NCBI GenBank assembly: GCA_015680685.1
Contig: MNCI01000667.1
Coordinates: 161,983-225,982, forward strand
Origin: Gnetum montanum
Lineage: Eukaryota > Plantae > Gnetophyta
Length of the DNA stretch: 64,000 nt
Direction: 5' to 3'
Part shown: one piece after another, positions 37,610-49,462 of the stretch
How the letters are laid out: the number at the start of each line of letters is the position of its first letter
How positions within the stretch are numbered: the stretch's first letter is position 1
The notes under the pieces: generated by a model
The model's input: only the letters and a program-made list of their open reading frames with translations
Database searches by the model: none
Told to the model about the DNA's origin: nothing
Program-made: the position numbers and the translations under genes

Positions 37610-40600
37610 GATTTTCATAGGAATACAACATGACTATGTATGAGCATCTTCACTCACTTCTAGTCCTCACTAAGCCCCATGGTGATCTCATGCAATGCCT
37701 CGACCTTGAGCTCATAGCTTATGATAATACATAACATCCGTAGAGGCACTGCTAGATTAGCTAGACCATCTAGTTAAGGCTCTAGATTTAGAGACAGGTG
37801 ATGTTACTAAGGATCCTCTCATTCAAATCCTTGTAGCAACACCTAGTGGTGAGGTAAAGGCATTAAGACTTAGTTCTTTACTAAAGCCTCAACACTCCCA
37901 AAATATTGCTAAAGTTCGTAACAACAACATTAAAGCATTCACATGGTCCTATGAAGACATGCCAGGGTTAATCCTTGCGTAGTGTAGCATAACATTATCC
38001 CCGATCCCAACATAAAACCAGTTAAGTAGAAAGTACGTAGGTTAGGCCTGAGGTGGCATTGGTAGTCCATGATGAAATCACTAAGCTCTACAAAGTTGGT
38101 TTCATCCAGGCCCTTGACTATGCAGTCTGGATCTCCAACATTATGGTCATGCCCAAGAAAAATGGAAGTATACGCATTTGCATAGACTTCCAAGACTTGA
38201 ACAAGGCAACCATTAAAGACGATTTCCCATTGCTTGGTATTGATCAATTGGTCGATGCTATGGCTGGACATGCCTTGTTAACCTTCATGGATGGATTCTC
38301 GAGGTACAACCAGATTTAGATCAACCCAGAGAACTAGCTTCTTACTACCTTTATGACTTCTTAGGGTACATTTTGTTACACCATGATACCTTTCAGACTT
38401 AAGAATTTAGTAGCAACTTATCAACATGCCATAACATACATCTTTAGCAACTGCATGTTAGGTTTACTCAATGATTATGTGGATAACATAGTAATTAAGT
38501 TCAAAGTAGCACACAGTCATGCAAATGACTTAGACCTTGTGCTTAAATGTTGCTTGAAACAAAATCTTAAGTTAAATCCCAAGAAATGTGTTTTCAATGT
38601 CAAGATGGGCCAGATGCTTGAGTTTGTAGTAGTTGAAGTAGGCATACACGTAGATCCCACAAAAGTTAGGGTCATATACAAGTTAGCACCATTGGCCAAC
38701 CTTAAGGAGCTACAAGGGTTGCAGGGTCGATTGCAATTTATACGTAGGTTTATCGCATGATTGACCAATAAGTTGCAACCAATGCAACACTTGCTCAAAA
38801 AAGGAGTCCAATTTGAGTGGATAGCTCAATGCCAAGAGGCATTTGACAACCTTAAACAGGAGCTATCTCACCTTCCAATGATCTACCCTCCATAAGGGGA
38901 TAAACCCTTTTACATTTACCTTGCTACCTCAACACATCCATCGCTTCTTTGCTTTGCCAAAAGTGAGATGATGGCATAGAGGTCCTAGTATACTACTTAA
39001 GCCATGCATTGGTTGCCTATGAAGCAAAGTATAATGATGTGAAGAAGAATTGCCTTGCCTTGGTCTTTTCACTCAAGAAGTGAAGGCACTATATTTTTCC
39101 TAGTCAAGTTAACATCATCTACAAGAGTAACGTACTTTGAGTAATTACAATGAATATCTATGAGAGCAATCACATTGCATGTTGGAAAGCAATAACAACA
39201 AAGTTTGACCTACATTATGTAGTGCAAGCCTCAATGAAAGGTCAAGCTATAACCACATAACTCATGGCTTTGCCCATCAATGATCAAGCAACAATTGATC
39301 TAGAATTTTTGGATGAGCATGTTGATAGCATCAACCACGTTCTTGACAACTTTGAGGTACTCTTGCATTTTGATGTGCTTTGACCTCTCAAGGGGGTAAT
39401 GCCACTACCATCATCACATTCCCCTCTAGGGAGATTTGATCCTTTGCATATACATTCCTGTGCACTAACAATGTGGTAGAGTATGAAGGTCTCCTCAGAG
39501 GTATCTTAGCAACTTACGACTAGGAATCCAAAGCATAGCATTCCAAGGTGACTCGTAGTTAGTGATCAACCAGGTTATAGAGGCTTATGCTTGTAAATCC
39601 CAACATCTACAACCTTATTGTGACTTGATGAAACACTTACTGAAACAGTTTGCAACCGTAGATGTTCAATATATCCCTAGGAATGAAAACGCCATAGCCG
39701 ATGCTTTAGCAACATTAGCCATAAGTATTGTACCTAACATGTTTCATGCATTGTCCACCTTGGTGGTAGATTGCACTGTGCCTATCACACAAACCATTGA
39801 TATTGCATCCATAGGCATAGTTAGCACAACCCACATAGTAGAATTGTATAACGACATTAAGGCGTACGTTCTATAGGGTGAGCCTTTGTAGTATTTAACC
39901 ACTACCCAAAAGGACACAGTGCATAAACGATTGTGGCAGTATGTCATCATGGAAGATAACACACTATGTTGTAGATCCTACAATGGCATATTGTTGACCT
40001 GTGTTAGCAATAGTGAAGCATAAATGATTGTTGAACAAGTCCATAAGGGATTGTGTAGAGGTCACATAGCATCCGGAGCAATGGTCATGAAAATCAGATG
40101 CTTAGGCTATTATTGGCCTTACATGAAGCACGATTGTGTCTCTAAGGTTAAGATGTGTGATATTTGTCAATGGCATGACAACTTAATACATGTGCCACCA
40201 ACTAAACTGCACACAACACAGATCACATGGTCATTTCAATGTTGGGGGTTGGACATCATTGGACCTATAATACCAAAGTCAACCATGGGGCATAGCTTTG
40301 TTATAACCACAACTAAGTATTCTACTAAGTGGGTTGAGGCTATTCCCCTTAGGAAGATAACATCACAGTAGGTTTGCAAATTTGTGCTTGACAACATAGT
40401 GATCCATTTTGGTTTACCCATGACTATGGTAATGGACAATGGGCCATAGTTTAGTAATAATGAAACCAAGGCCTTCTATGAGTGCTTTGGCATTAAACAT
40501 TCCTTCTTGTCACTATACTACCTGTACGAGAACAGCTAAGTGGAGGCCACAAACAAGGTCATTGTCAACTTTTTAAAGAAGATGCTTAGCAGCAGTAAAT

Positions 40601-41085
40601 GGAAATGGCACAAACAATTAGTCTACATACTCTAGGCATATCACACGACATGCAAAACAACAATGGGTAAGACTCCATATAGCCTTGTTTATGGGTTTGA
40701 AGTAGTTTTACCTCTTGAGTTGTAGGTTCCATTGCTCCATGTGATCCTCTCAAACTTCATTAATTAGGATTAGAATGATGAGTTGAGAACTATGGACCTT
40801 GACTCTATAGAGAAGGAGCACATGTAGATGCTTGGTCGCATTGAGTGGTACCAAGAAAAGCAACGACAAAAGTACCATCACAATTAGCACCAGCACTTAA
40901 TCAAGAAAGGGGACCTAGTTCTCAAGGTTGTTCGTGAGCACATAGATAAATTCTCAGCTAATTGGGAAGGACCTTTCTTGGTCACTACAACCTATGATAA
41001 TAAAGCATTCAAACTTGCTAATCAAGATGACAATGAATTTGCTAATCAGATGAACTGCTCATATTTGAAGCCTTACTATGCCTAG
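37610..41085 (+). pseudogene. Tat element pol: RT, RNase H, additional archaeal-type RNase H, integrase; decayed
   Basis: FTWSYEDMPG, RICIDFQDLNKA, FMDGFSRYNQI, YVDNIV; aRH CTNNVVEYEGL, GDS, IPRNENAIADALA; integrase H..H..C..C, WGLDIIGP, KWVEAIP, DNG, WEGPF, LKPYYA stop. Confidence 0.92.
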
Positions 41086-41127
41086 TATGCAACGTTGCAT
41101 CTCAACTAAGCAAGGTAAGCACAAAGT

Positions 41128-41530
41128 CTCCTATGACTATAAAATGATGTAGAAAGTCTATTATTATGCTAAAATAGTGTTGTAAGTCTACTACGATTAT
41201 AAACCAGTAGAGTTCATTTGCTATGACATTAAACTAGCACAACATTTGTCCACTATGATATTAAATTGGCACAACACTCATTCACTATGACGCTACACTA
41301 GCAACTGAGCCTTTAGTTTGGTATGACTATAAACTAGCACAGATCATTGTCTATGACTATAAGCTAGCACAAACTATCTACCATGACACTAAACTAGCAT
41401 AATTTGTCCTTGGGTCATGACATTAGACTGACACAACAACACATTTGCTATGATATTAAATTAGCATGTAGTAGTCTACTAGGACTATAAACTATCACAC
41501 CATAGTCTACTGAGACCTTAAACTGGGTTT
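41128..41530 (+). repeat. Tandem array in the Tat 3' UTR, ~13 units of ~30-36 bp
   Basis: Conserved core CTATGACTATAAACTAGCAC separated by variable 10-16 nt linkers. Confidence 0.85.
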
Positions 41531-43945
41531 GCCATCACTCATGCATGGTTCGACGAGTAAGTGAGCGAGAATAATCCTAACTTTCCCTATCCACCATTTC
41601 CACTTTGCTGCACCACACAGGTGGGGACACTGTAGTCCTAGAATGGATTTCTTGTTGTTGGTAGAGACCTTTGAAACATTTGCAACGTTACTGCCCCCTA
41701 GCATTTTGGTAGCCTTTCGGAGCTCCTGTCATCAATGCAACCTTTGGGTGACACTTGTAACTAGTTTAGCCATTGTAGTATTTGCAACATCCTCGCATCT
41801 CATGCTGTGTGGTTGTTTTCTTATTTTCTCTAAATTATGTTTGCAAGATGAAGCCCTGGAGGTGATCATGTAGAGATGCATCTCATCGCAGCAGTAAGTT
41901 ATCACATTGCTTTGATGTGTATGATTGGACTAGCCAAGCCACTCAAGAGTGCACATCCCTGTTGTCCCTACTATAGCCTACTTGCATCATCTCTTTTACC
42001 TTGCATTCTCCCACCTTCCCCTACATCACCAAGCTTGCAAACCCCTTCGATGTACATGCCACCCTCTTCACATCAACTGCAGAATCCATGGAAGACATAA
42101 TGCAATTCATTCCTTGGGGAGCCTTTGTGGACTGGTTAAATCCTAAGAAAATGTAATGCAACTCATCTTAGGGAGGAAACACCTGTCCTACAGATGCAAT
42201 GTGGTTGCACCAAAGTAAAGCCCATTAGGTGGCATGCACCAAAGCAAAGCCCATTAGGTGGGAAGCATCTCATAGCTAGCATTTCACAATGTGCAGAACC
42301 CAAAGTAGGTTTGTGTTGTAGTCACAAAAAAAAGCAAAAAAGAAAAAAAAAGAGCAAAAATAAAAAAAGAAAAATGGCAAATAGGGCAAAGCATGTCCCC
42401 AAGAAAAATTAGCAAAGCTACAATTTCACAATGGGTCCAACCCTGAATCTATGCTAATTCTTTCATTTTAGCATTCTAACAAGAGATCACAATTTTAGAG
42501 GTAAGCCATTTTAGTGCCATGGATACTAACTCTCTCATAAGCATCCTGACAAGAGGTCACCATTTTGGCAGTAAGCCACCTTGGTGTCATGATTACCATA
42601 AGCCATGCTGACTCCACATCTTGCAACATGACATCTTACTTACATTTTGCCTCCCATCCATCCTTAGCACATTACCTACACCCTTTTCCTCCAACATACC
42701 ATAACCCTTAGCACTCTTGAGCATGGTGCAGTGACATTCAGTTAGGTACTAATGAGAGATTTTGGTGCAGGGTCTACTATGGTGGTTTACGTTCTTTGTC
42801 AATGCCTCTCGAGCCACTCCTCTAGACGTCAACAAAGAGGGGCCAATGAAACATCACCAAATTTGGGCCACTATGTCTCAACTGTAAATTTGTCTAAGTG
42901 TCAACACAAGGAAAATTTTTTCTAAGTGTTGGGCCTATGCTCTCCATTGCTAGGACTATGCTCTAGAGGGTACTTAGCATAATTTTGCAACACAAGACCA
43001 AATTTACAATATTTTTTCTAAGTGTTGACAACAACTACAAATTTTTCTAAGTGTTGGACTACGCTCTCACTACTGGGACTATGCTCTAGAGAATAGTCAG
43101 TGTAGTCAGCACACAAATAACTAGTTTTGCAAATTTTCCTAAGTGTCAAGTTAGAAGTTATCAAGCTTGCTTGACATGGAAGAAATAGTTTGGCAAAATT
43201 TCTAACTGTTGTAACTATGCTCCCTACTACACTTTAGAGCGTAATTAGCATTGAAGCTTAGTTTTGCAAAATTTGGCCAATTGTTGGGACTATGCTCTAG
43301 AGTGTAGTCAACGTAGTCTACCAGAATAGCCTTCAGAAGACTCCAAAACTTATCACTAGGCTTTGTCTTAGCTCCAACATACCTTTGGCAAGTAGGATCC
43401 ATAATTTGCATTTCTTTTGCACCCCCCATTTATCTCCAAGTGTTACCCATGCTTGACACCACTCGAGAGAGTGGACAACATAGTCTCCAAACTTGCACTA
43501 TTTTGCATTATTTTTAGGTACGTGGCGATTTGTTCAGCACTAGCACATGTCATTTAGGCAACATAGTCACAATTTGGGAGTCTCATGAGGTTCATTGGAA
43601 CATACTAGTAGAACACCATTTGCTTCAGTGGGAGTGTAGTTGGGATTAGTGTATTCCTAAATATCCCTCCACCACATGGTGCTTGATTTGCAATTCATGG
43701 CAATCCTAACCCTATAAATACCCCAACACTCTACGTTTTAGGGTTTGAAAATTTTTGCATCCAGTGGGTAAATTAGAATTTTGAGCATTCTTGCATTCAA
43801 GTGCACTTGGCATTTCAAAAAACTTCAAGCTAGCACTTGGCACTACTGCACACCACTGTAGGACACCACCATAGATCACTGTAGCCCATGAGACACTATG
43901 GCAACCAACCCAGCAAGCATAGACACCATAGCAAACATCAGTCTT

Positions 43946-44104
43946 CATAGCCCAAACACCATGAGACTGTGACTACGTTACCTATTATGCATGTTTGTAT
44001 AGCCCAAATTCCATAAGACTATGACTATGTTTCCTATTATGCATGTTTGTATAGCCCAAAAGCCATAAGACTATGTCTACATTGCCTACTATGTGTGTTT
44101 GTAC
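43946..44104 (+). repeat. Three tandem ~52-bp units in the Tat 3' LTR
   Basis: ATAGCCCAAA..CCAT.AGACT.TG.CTA..TT.CCTA.TATG..TGTTTGT three times; one unit in the 5' LTR (~25331-25385). Confidence 0.85.
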
Positions 44105-45980
44105 ACCGTGTGCCTTTTCATCCTTCTTGTAGTTAACTACACTTATCCTGCCCCCCTCCCCCTGTTTGGGATGGTGTTGCTCTCTTTGTCACTCTCCTCT
44201 TGTGCATTTTTCAGCATTTTACTCGCATTCTAGCATTTACTTACATTTTTTTGCTATTTTTGCATGTAACTGCATGTTGACACCTTTGTTTTCGAGGGGA
44301 ATCCTAGACTATGTTCACTATTATTGACACCATTGACATTGTAAACATCGTGCGTTACCTAACAATGTTTCAACATCACATCTCGTAAGTCCTAGTTCGA
44401 TTGACAATACCGTTCTGGAAACCCTGTCTCTGCATTTAGCAGGCCCTCACATAGATGCGGTGTCAAACTATGCATACCATAAACCTCTTGGTGTACCATT
44501 CTAGCATCCAATATTTTCAGTCGCTACAAAGCTCAACATGGAGTGTTTTCTCACAAGAAACACACTCAACCCCATAAGGTCCCAACAAGCTCAAAATGTG
44601 GTTTCAAGGATCCCACAACCTTTACAATGACATGAGAACTTCATGGAGTGTTTTTTCACTAGAAATACACTCAACCCTGCAAGGTTCCAACAAGCTCACT
44701 TGATGTGTTCTCACAAGAAGCACATCAATGTCATAGGGTTTACAAAAAGGAAAAAAGAATTAAGGAAAGAATGTAATTGCACTTTATAAATTCCTTGCAC
44801 TTAAGCTCACATAAAATAATTCACAAATGATGGAGAATTGAGGAACAAAATATTCACTTGATGTATACGATGATTAAATATTCTAATTAATAATGCTTGT
44901 CCTTTTCACAAGGATTGAAATCTATTTTATCACCTTTTTCCTTCCCATACAACCCTCAAAATTTGTGCAATGGCTAGGAAATGGCTAGTCAGGAAGTCCC
45001 ATTCAAGCTTGGGACATCTCACTCAAAACTAGCCACTTGTAGGTGGCATGTCCCACTAGAAATTAGGACGTCTCACCTAAGATGTCCTAGCTGGGACATC
45101 TCAACAACATTTGTAATGTTTGTTATTTTTGTGGGATGTTTGGCCTGGGACTAAGGTTTCACCTCTAGGACATTTGCTAATCTTTTGGGATGTCTAGGCA
45201 AATAATGGAACATCTTTGTTTAACTTGTAGGCTTCATGCATCCTTGACATCTTGTAATCTTAGTTGGGATTTTAGTCATGTAGATCTCATCTTGATCTCT
45301 TAACTTGGTCTTGTTCCAATCTCACCATCACTACGTCTAGGTTCTTGTCATGATCTTAAGCTTTTTTCATCTTATTCTTATCTTTTACAAGTCCTGTAAG
45401 ATTTCAACAAGCACATTTTCACATTCTTCATTTTCCAAGGTTTTGACATACCAATAGGTTAACAATCTCCTTCTTTTTGGTGATGTCCAAAACTTGTGAA
45501 AATGGGTTGGCATAATTCATAATATTATATGATAAACAGTTAAGAAAAATTGTGTCTATATATATATATATTGTTAATCCTATGGCAACAAGAAAAGTAA
45601 AGGAAAATAGAATGAAATAGTTAGCTAGCATAAATCCATTAATCATAATGACAAGAGGACAACATAAGAAAATAGAAATATCAAAAATAACCCAAAGGCT
45701 ATTCATATCTATCCACTTATCCATAATGCATAGTGTAAGTAAAATTAAATCATAATATCACATATAGCTAATATACATTGATCATTCCACAACCTATCTC
45801 CAAAGTCTTGATAAAAGAAATGCATATAGCATGACAGATACCATCACAATATGTTCAAACCATACAACCAATAAAGTGTCCATAACTGTATCACCACAAG
45901 CATGCACATAACCACATACAACTACAAAAATTCTCCTCTTTTTTGGACATCATCCAAAAGGTGGGGATTATAAAGAATCT

Positions 45981-47580
45981 CTAACCACTACCCTCCTTAT
46001 CAACATCATCCTCATTAGAGTTGGAAGTTACACAAGTGGGTTGGTATGTCTTCTCCTCATCATCATTGCTACTGGTGTTGGAGTTTCAGGAGAAGATGTT
46101 GCAATAGGAGCTCTTTGAGGTTAAAGATTCACCTACAATCATGATGATGAAAGAGGATGAGATGGAACCTGTTGGGAGGATGAGGAAGTACCCTTTCACT
46201 GGTAAGTCTTGGAAGCTACTTGCTCCTAATGAGCTACTGTACCAAAAATGCTCTCCATCACCTACTACTCAAATGATTGAGAAACATCTTCCTACACAAA
46301 TGAACTCGGTTCAAGTTGCTTAATGTGAGAAAAAGACTCTCCCTGAACATGAGCTAGTGGTTGAGCAAGATCCTTGGAATCTAATGCATTGCCCAAATCA
46401 TATCCTTAGGATGGTCCTACTACTGTAGAATGTCTAGTAGGAGCTAGAATGTCCTCATCACTATTGATCTAATGAGGAGTAGCAATCTCCTCAAACTATT
46501 GACCATCTGAAGGAGGTGAAATGCCTGCTAAATTCATTCTCTTGCATAGGTAAAAGAGATTTCATCCAATCATCCCAAAGGTTTTGCCAAAAGATTTTAG
46601 TGCCTTCTTATGGTAGACTTCACTTGTGAACTTATGGATTTATACCTCCTAATCTGAGGAGAGGCCCTAGATGGAGATGTTGCTTGCTTTCTTCATGCTT
46701 TATGAGGTAAAGAAGCTAGAACCTTAGAATTAGCAAGAGTTGTGCTTCTTTTCTTTGAAAACTTTGCACGACTTCCCTTTCCTTTAAGAAGAGATATATC
46801 AGGAATAGAGACACCTGCCTAATGAATAAGTAAGTTGATAAGAAGAGGGTGTCCATAAACTCTTTGTCTCAAAGACAACCCTAACATGTCCCTACAAGTA
46901 ATGTGCCCCAAGTCTAATGGCTGCTTGAATAGAAGACAACATAGAACAAAAGCTTGCATTGGCAGTAGATAATTGTAGCTTTCCCCTTTTACAATAATGT
47001 TATACATGATAGTAAGAGAGAGGGTGGAAGCATCTTGGGACATTTGACACCCATAAATTTTTCCACTTTTTAGTGAAACAAAGCTACCAATAATGGCATG
47101 ACAAAATTCATGATGAGAAAATTGAATCATCCTATTATAAAAATGTCATTCATAGAATGTATGACAACCTTGTGCACATCAGAAGTTGAAATCCCAACTA
47201 AAGCATTCACCACTTGAGGTGAAACTTCAAACACAATGCCCCCAACAATAGATGAAAGTGTCCCAAGAGCAACATCAATAATTAAAATATTATTATAGAA
47301 CTATCTAATCAGTACTTTAGGTATACAATAAGTAATGGAAATAATTGAAGCCTAAATAATTGCTTGAAAATATGCCACTAACTCCTTCTGATGGCACTGC
47401 TTAAAATTGAGATTCCTTTCAAATATAATAGAGATGAAACGAGTTAACTCAAACTAGTGCTGAGCATATGTAGATCAAAATTGAGGCTGATAAGATCTTT
47501 TCTTTACTTATAGAAGCTCCTTTTTTGCTTTTACCCTTGCGAGGAGGCACCCTTGAAGTTCCAACCTTCTTGTGTGCCAT
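45981..47580 (-). pseudogene. SIRE accessory (env-like) ORF, decayed
   Basis: Lies between gag and the PPT cluster. Basic N-terminus MAHKKVGTSRVPPRKGKSKK, then FERNL, LIR.FYNN, VGGIVFEVSP, and a Ser/Pro/acidic tail. TATA-like sequence at ~47690. Confidence 0.6.
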
Positions 47581-49462
47581 CAATTTGAGCAAAAATGAAC
47601 TAAAAATGCAACTAGGAAGAGGGCCTAGTTAATTACACTAGGATGTCAAAGGCTTGAGCAAGATGAAATGAGAAAAAGGATGATTAGATTTATATAGTCG
47701 ATGCCCTCGAGGGTTTATGTTGCAAATTAGGACATTCCAAGTAAAAATGGAACATCTCACCCTAGTTGGATCTGTTCATAGTGGGACATCCTAAAATTGG
47801 ATGGGATGTCCTAGGTGGGATGTCTCACAAAATAGTGGAACATCCCAACATATAGTTGGCTCTTTTTAGGCTATGGAGATTTAATAGATATGAGGGTTCA
47901 TAGGGGATGCTACCAAGGATAATTTTAGTTTAAAAACAAAGTTAAAAGCATAACGCAAGTAAATGAAAATACTTACTAATACTTTTCTTTCTCTAAAAAA
48001 GGTGCTTTATTTAGGTATATTTATGATGAGTTTCTCGCTTCAAAGTCCCTCCTTTATAATCATCAAAATTCTCTTGTATCCTTGGTGTTTGATTGTACCT
48101 TATGAGGACTCTTGTAGTTTGATGTATCATATAAGTATATGTACTTTCTTCTACTTTCTTTGGTTTGATTCTCCACACCTTTTTAACTTGTAAGACATTC
48201 TTTCGAGGCATCTTTGGATAAGATCAAGGAGTCATGTTATAATGCTTTATTTTTAAATGATAATTTGAGTGTTTATGTCCATACTTTCCACAACAATAAC
48301 ACTTAATTCTTATTATTTGGGCAAGATGACCAAAACTTGGAGTATAATCCAATTTAGATGATGTATTTGAAGATGTCTCATTTTATTGGTGGACTTCCAA
48401 ACCACTCTTGTCATGTGGATCTCTTCCTTGATCCAATATAATTCGTAAGGTCTCTTTTTCTTTTGTAAGTCTTTCATTTATAAGCTTTTTATATGCAAGT
48501 TCTTTGGCAATTTTCTCACAAGAGGATGTTAATTTATGATTCTTAGCCCTTATGTCTAAGTTTTCTTGTGTGAGATTCAAGCATTTTTGATTTAGTTGAA
48601 ACAACTTCAAATCTTTATCATGCAAGGCCTTCTTCCTTTTAATACATAGTGTTTGAAAGAATATAATTTCATTACATAATAAGTCATGCCTTTCTTCAAT
48701 TATTCTTTTAGGTTCTTTACTTTTCATTATTGGATCTTCATCAGTAAGGGTCATACAAATGAGATGTGATCTTGTCGTAGAATCATCTACTTCTTCCTCA
48801 CTTTATTCATCATTCCAAATAGTATCATGATTTTTCTTTTTCATTTTAGCATCATATTGGACCTTCTTTTAAAACCTACCAACACATGAATATTTGGAGG
48901 CCAGATGGTCGATAGCACCACAAACCCAACATTCTATAGAGGATGCATCAAGATTTGAACTTTTAAAAATCTTACCTCTTTCCTTACCTTTTATGCTTGA
49001 TTGGTTGAAGCTATTTTCTTTTGTGTAAGTAATCTTTGAACTCTTCTAGATAAGGGAGCCAATTTATCTTCACTATTCACTTCATGTTCAAGTGGCTCCT
49101 TTTCCTTTGATTAACTTTTCAGGGTAATAGGCTTTCTTTGATTACACCTTCACTAATGAGATTCATCGCATAAGAAATGGATGCACTTTGAAGCTCTTTA
49201 AATTTTAGGACAGAGAAATCTCTAATTTCTTCCATGGCTTTTAACTTTTGGTCTAAACTGAAGTTGAAAAGCTCTAATCATTTAAATAAAGACATCGCTT
49301 TTAGGTAAATTTTTTCCAATCCCTTGGATAACTACAACTAAATCATTAGCTCTAAACAACAATCCTTGATTTTCTCTTGTTCTTTTATTTTAAGTTTTTC
49401 ATATTCACTTTGTAATAAAAGAAGCTTAGGTTACTTGAAAACAGATGTACCTTCATATGTTG

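Larger units (their letters stand above)
24284..44528 (+). mobile_element. Tat/Ogre-type Gypsy retrotransposon, ~20.2 kb, full length but decayed; inserted in the SIRE 3' LTR
   Basis: LTRs 24284-25797 and 42847-44528; PBS-like TTCTAGCTCTAGAAGGAGGG; PPT AAAGAGGGGCCA; TSD GAGCT/AAGCT with the empty site visible at ~57073; domain order gag-PR-RT-RH-aRH-INT. Confidence 0.9.

Noticed and set aside
41128-41530. CRISPR array
   Set aside because: Eukaryotic retrotransposon context, degenerate repeats, linkers too short, no cas genes.
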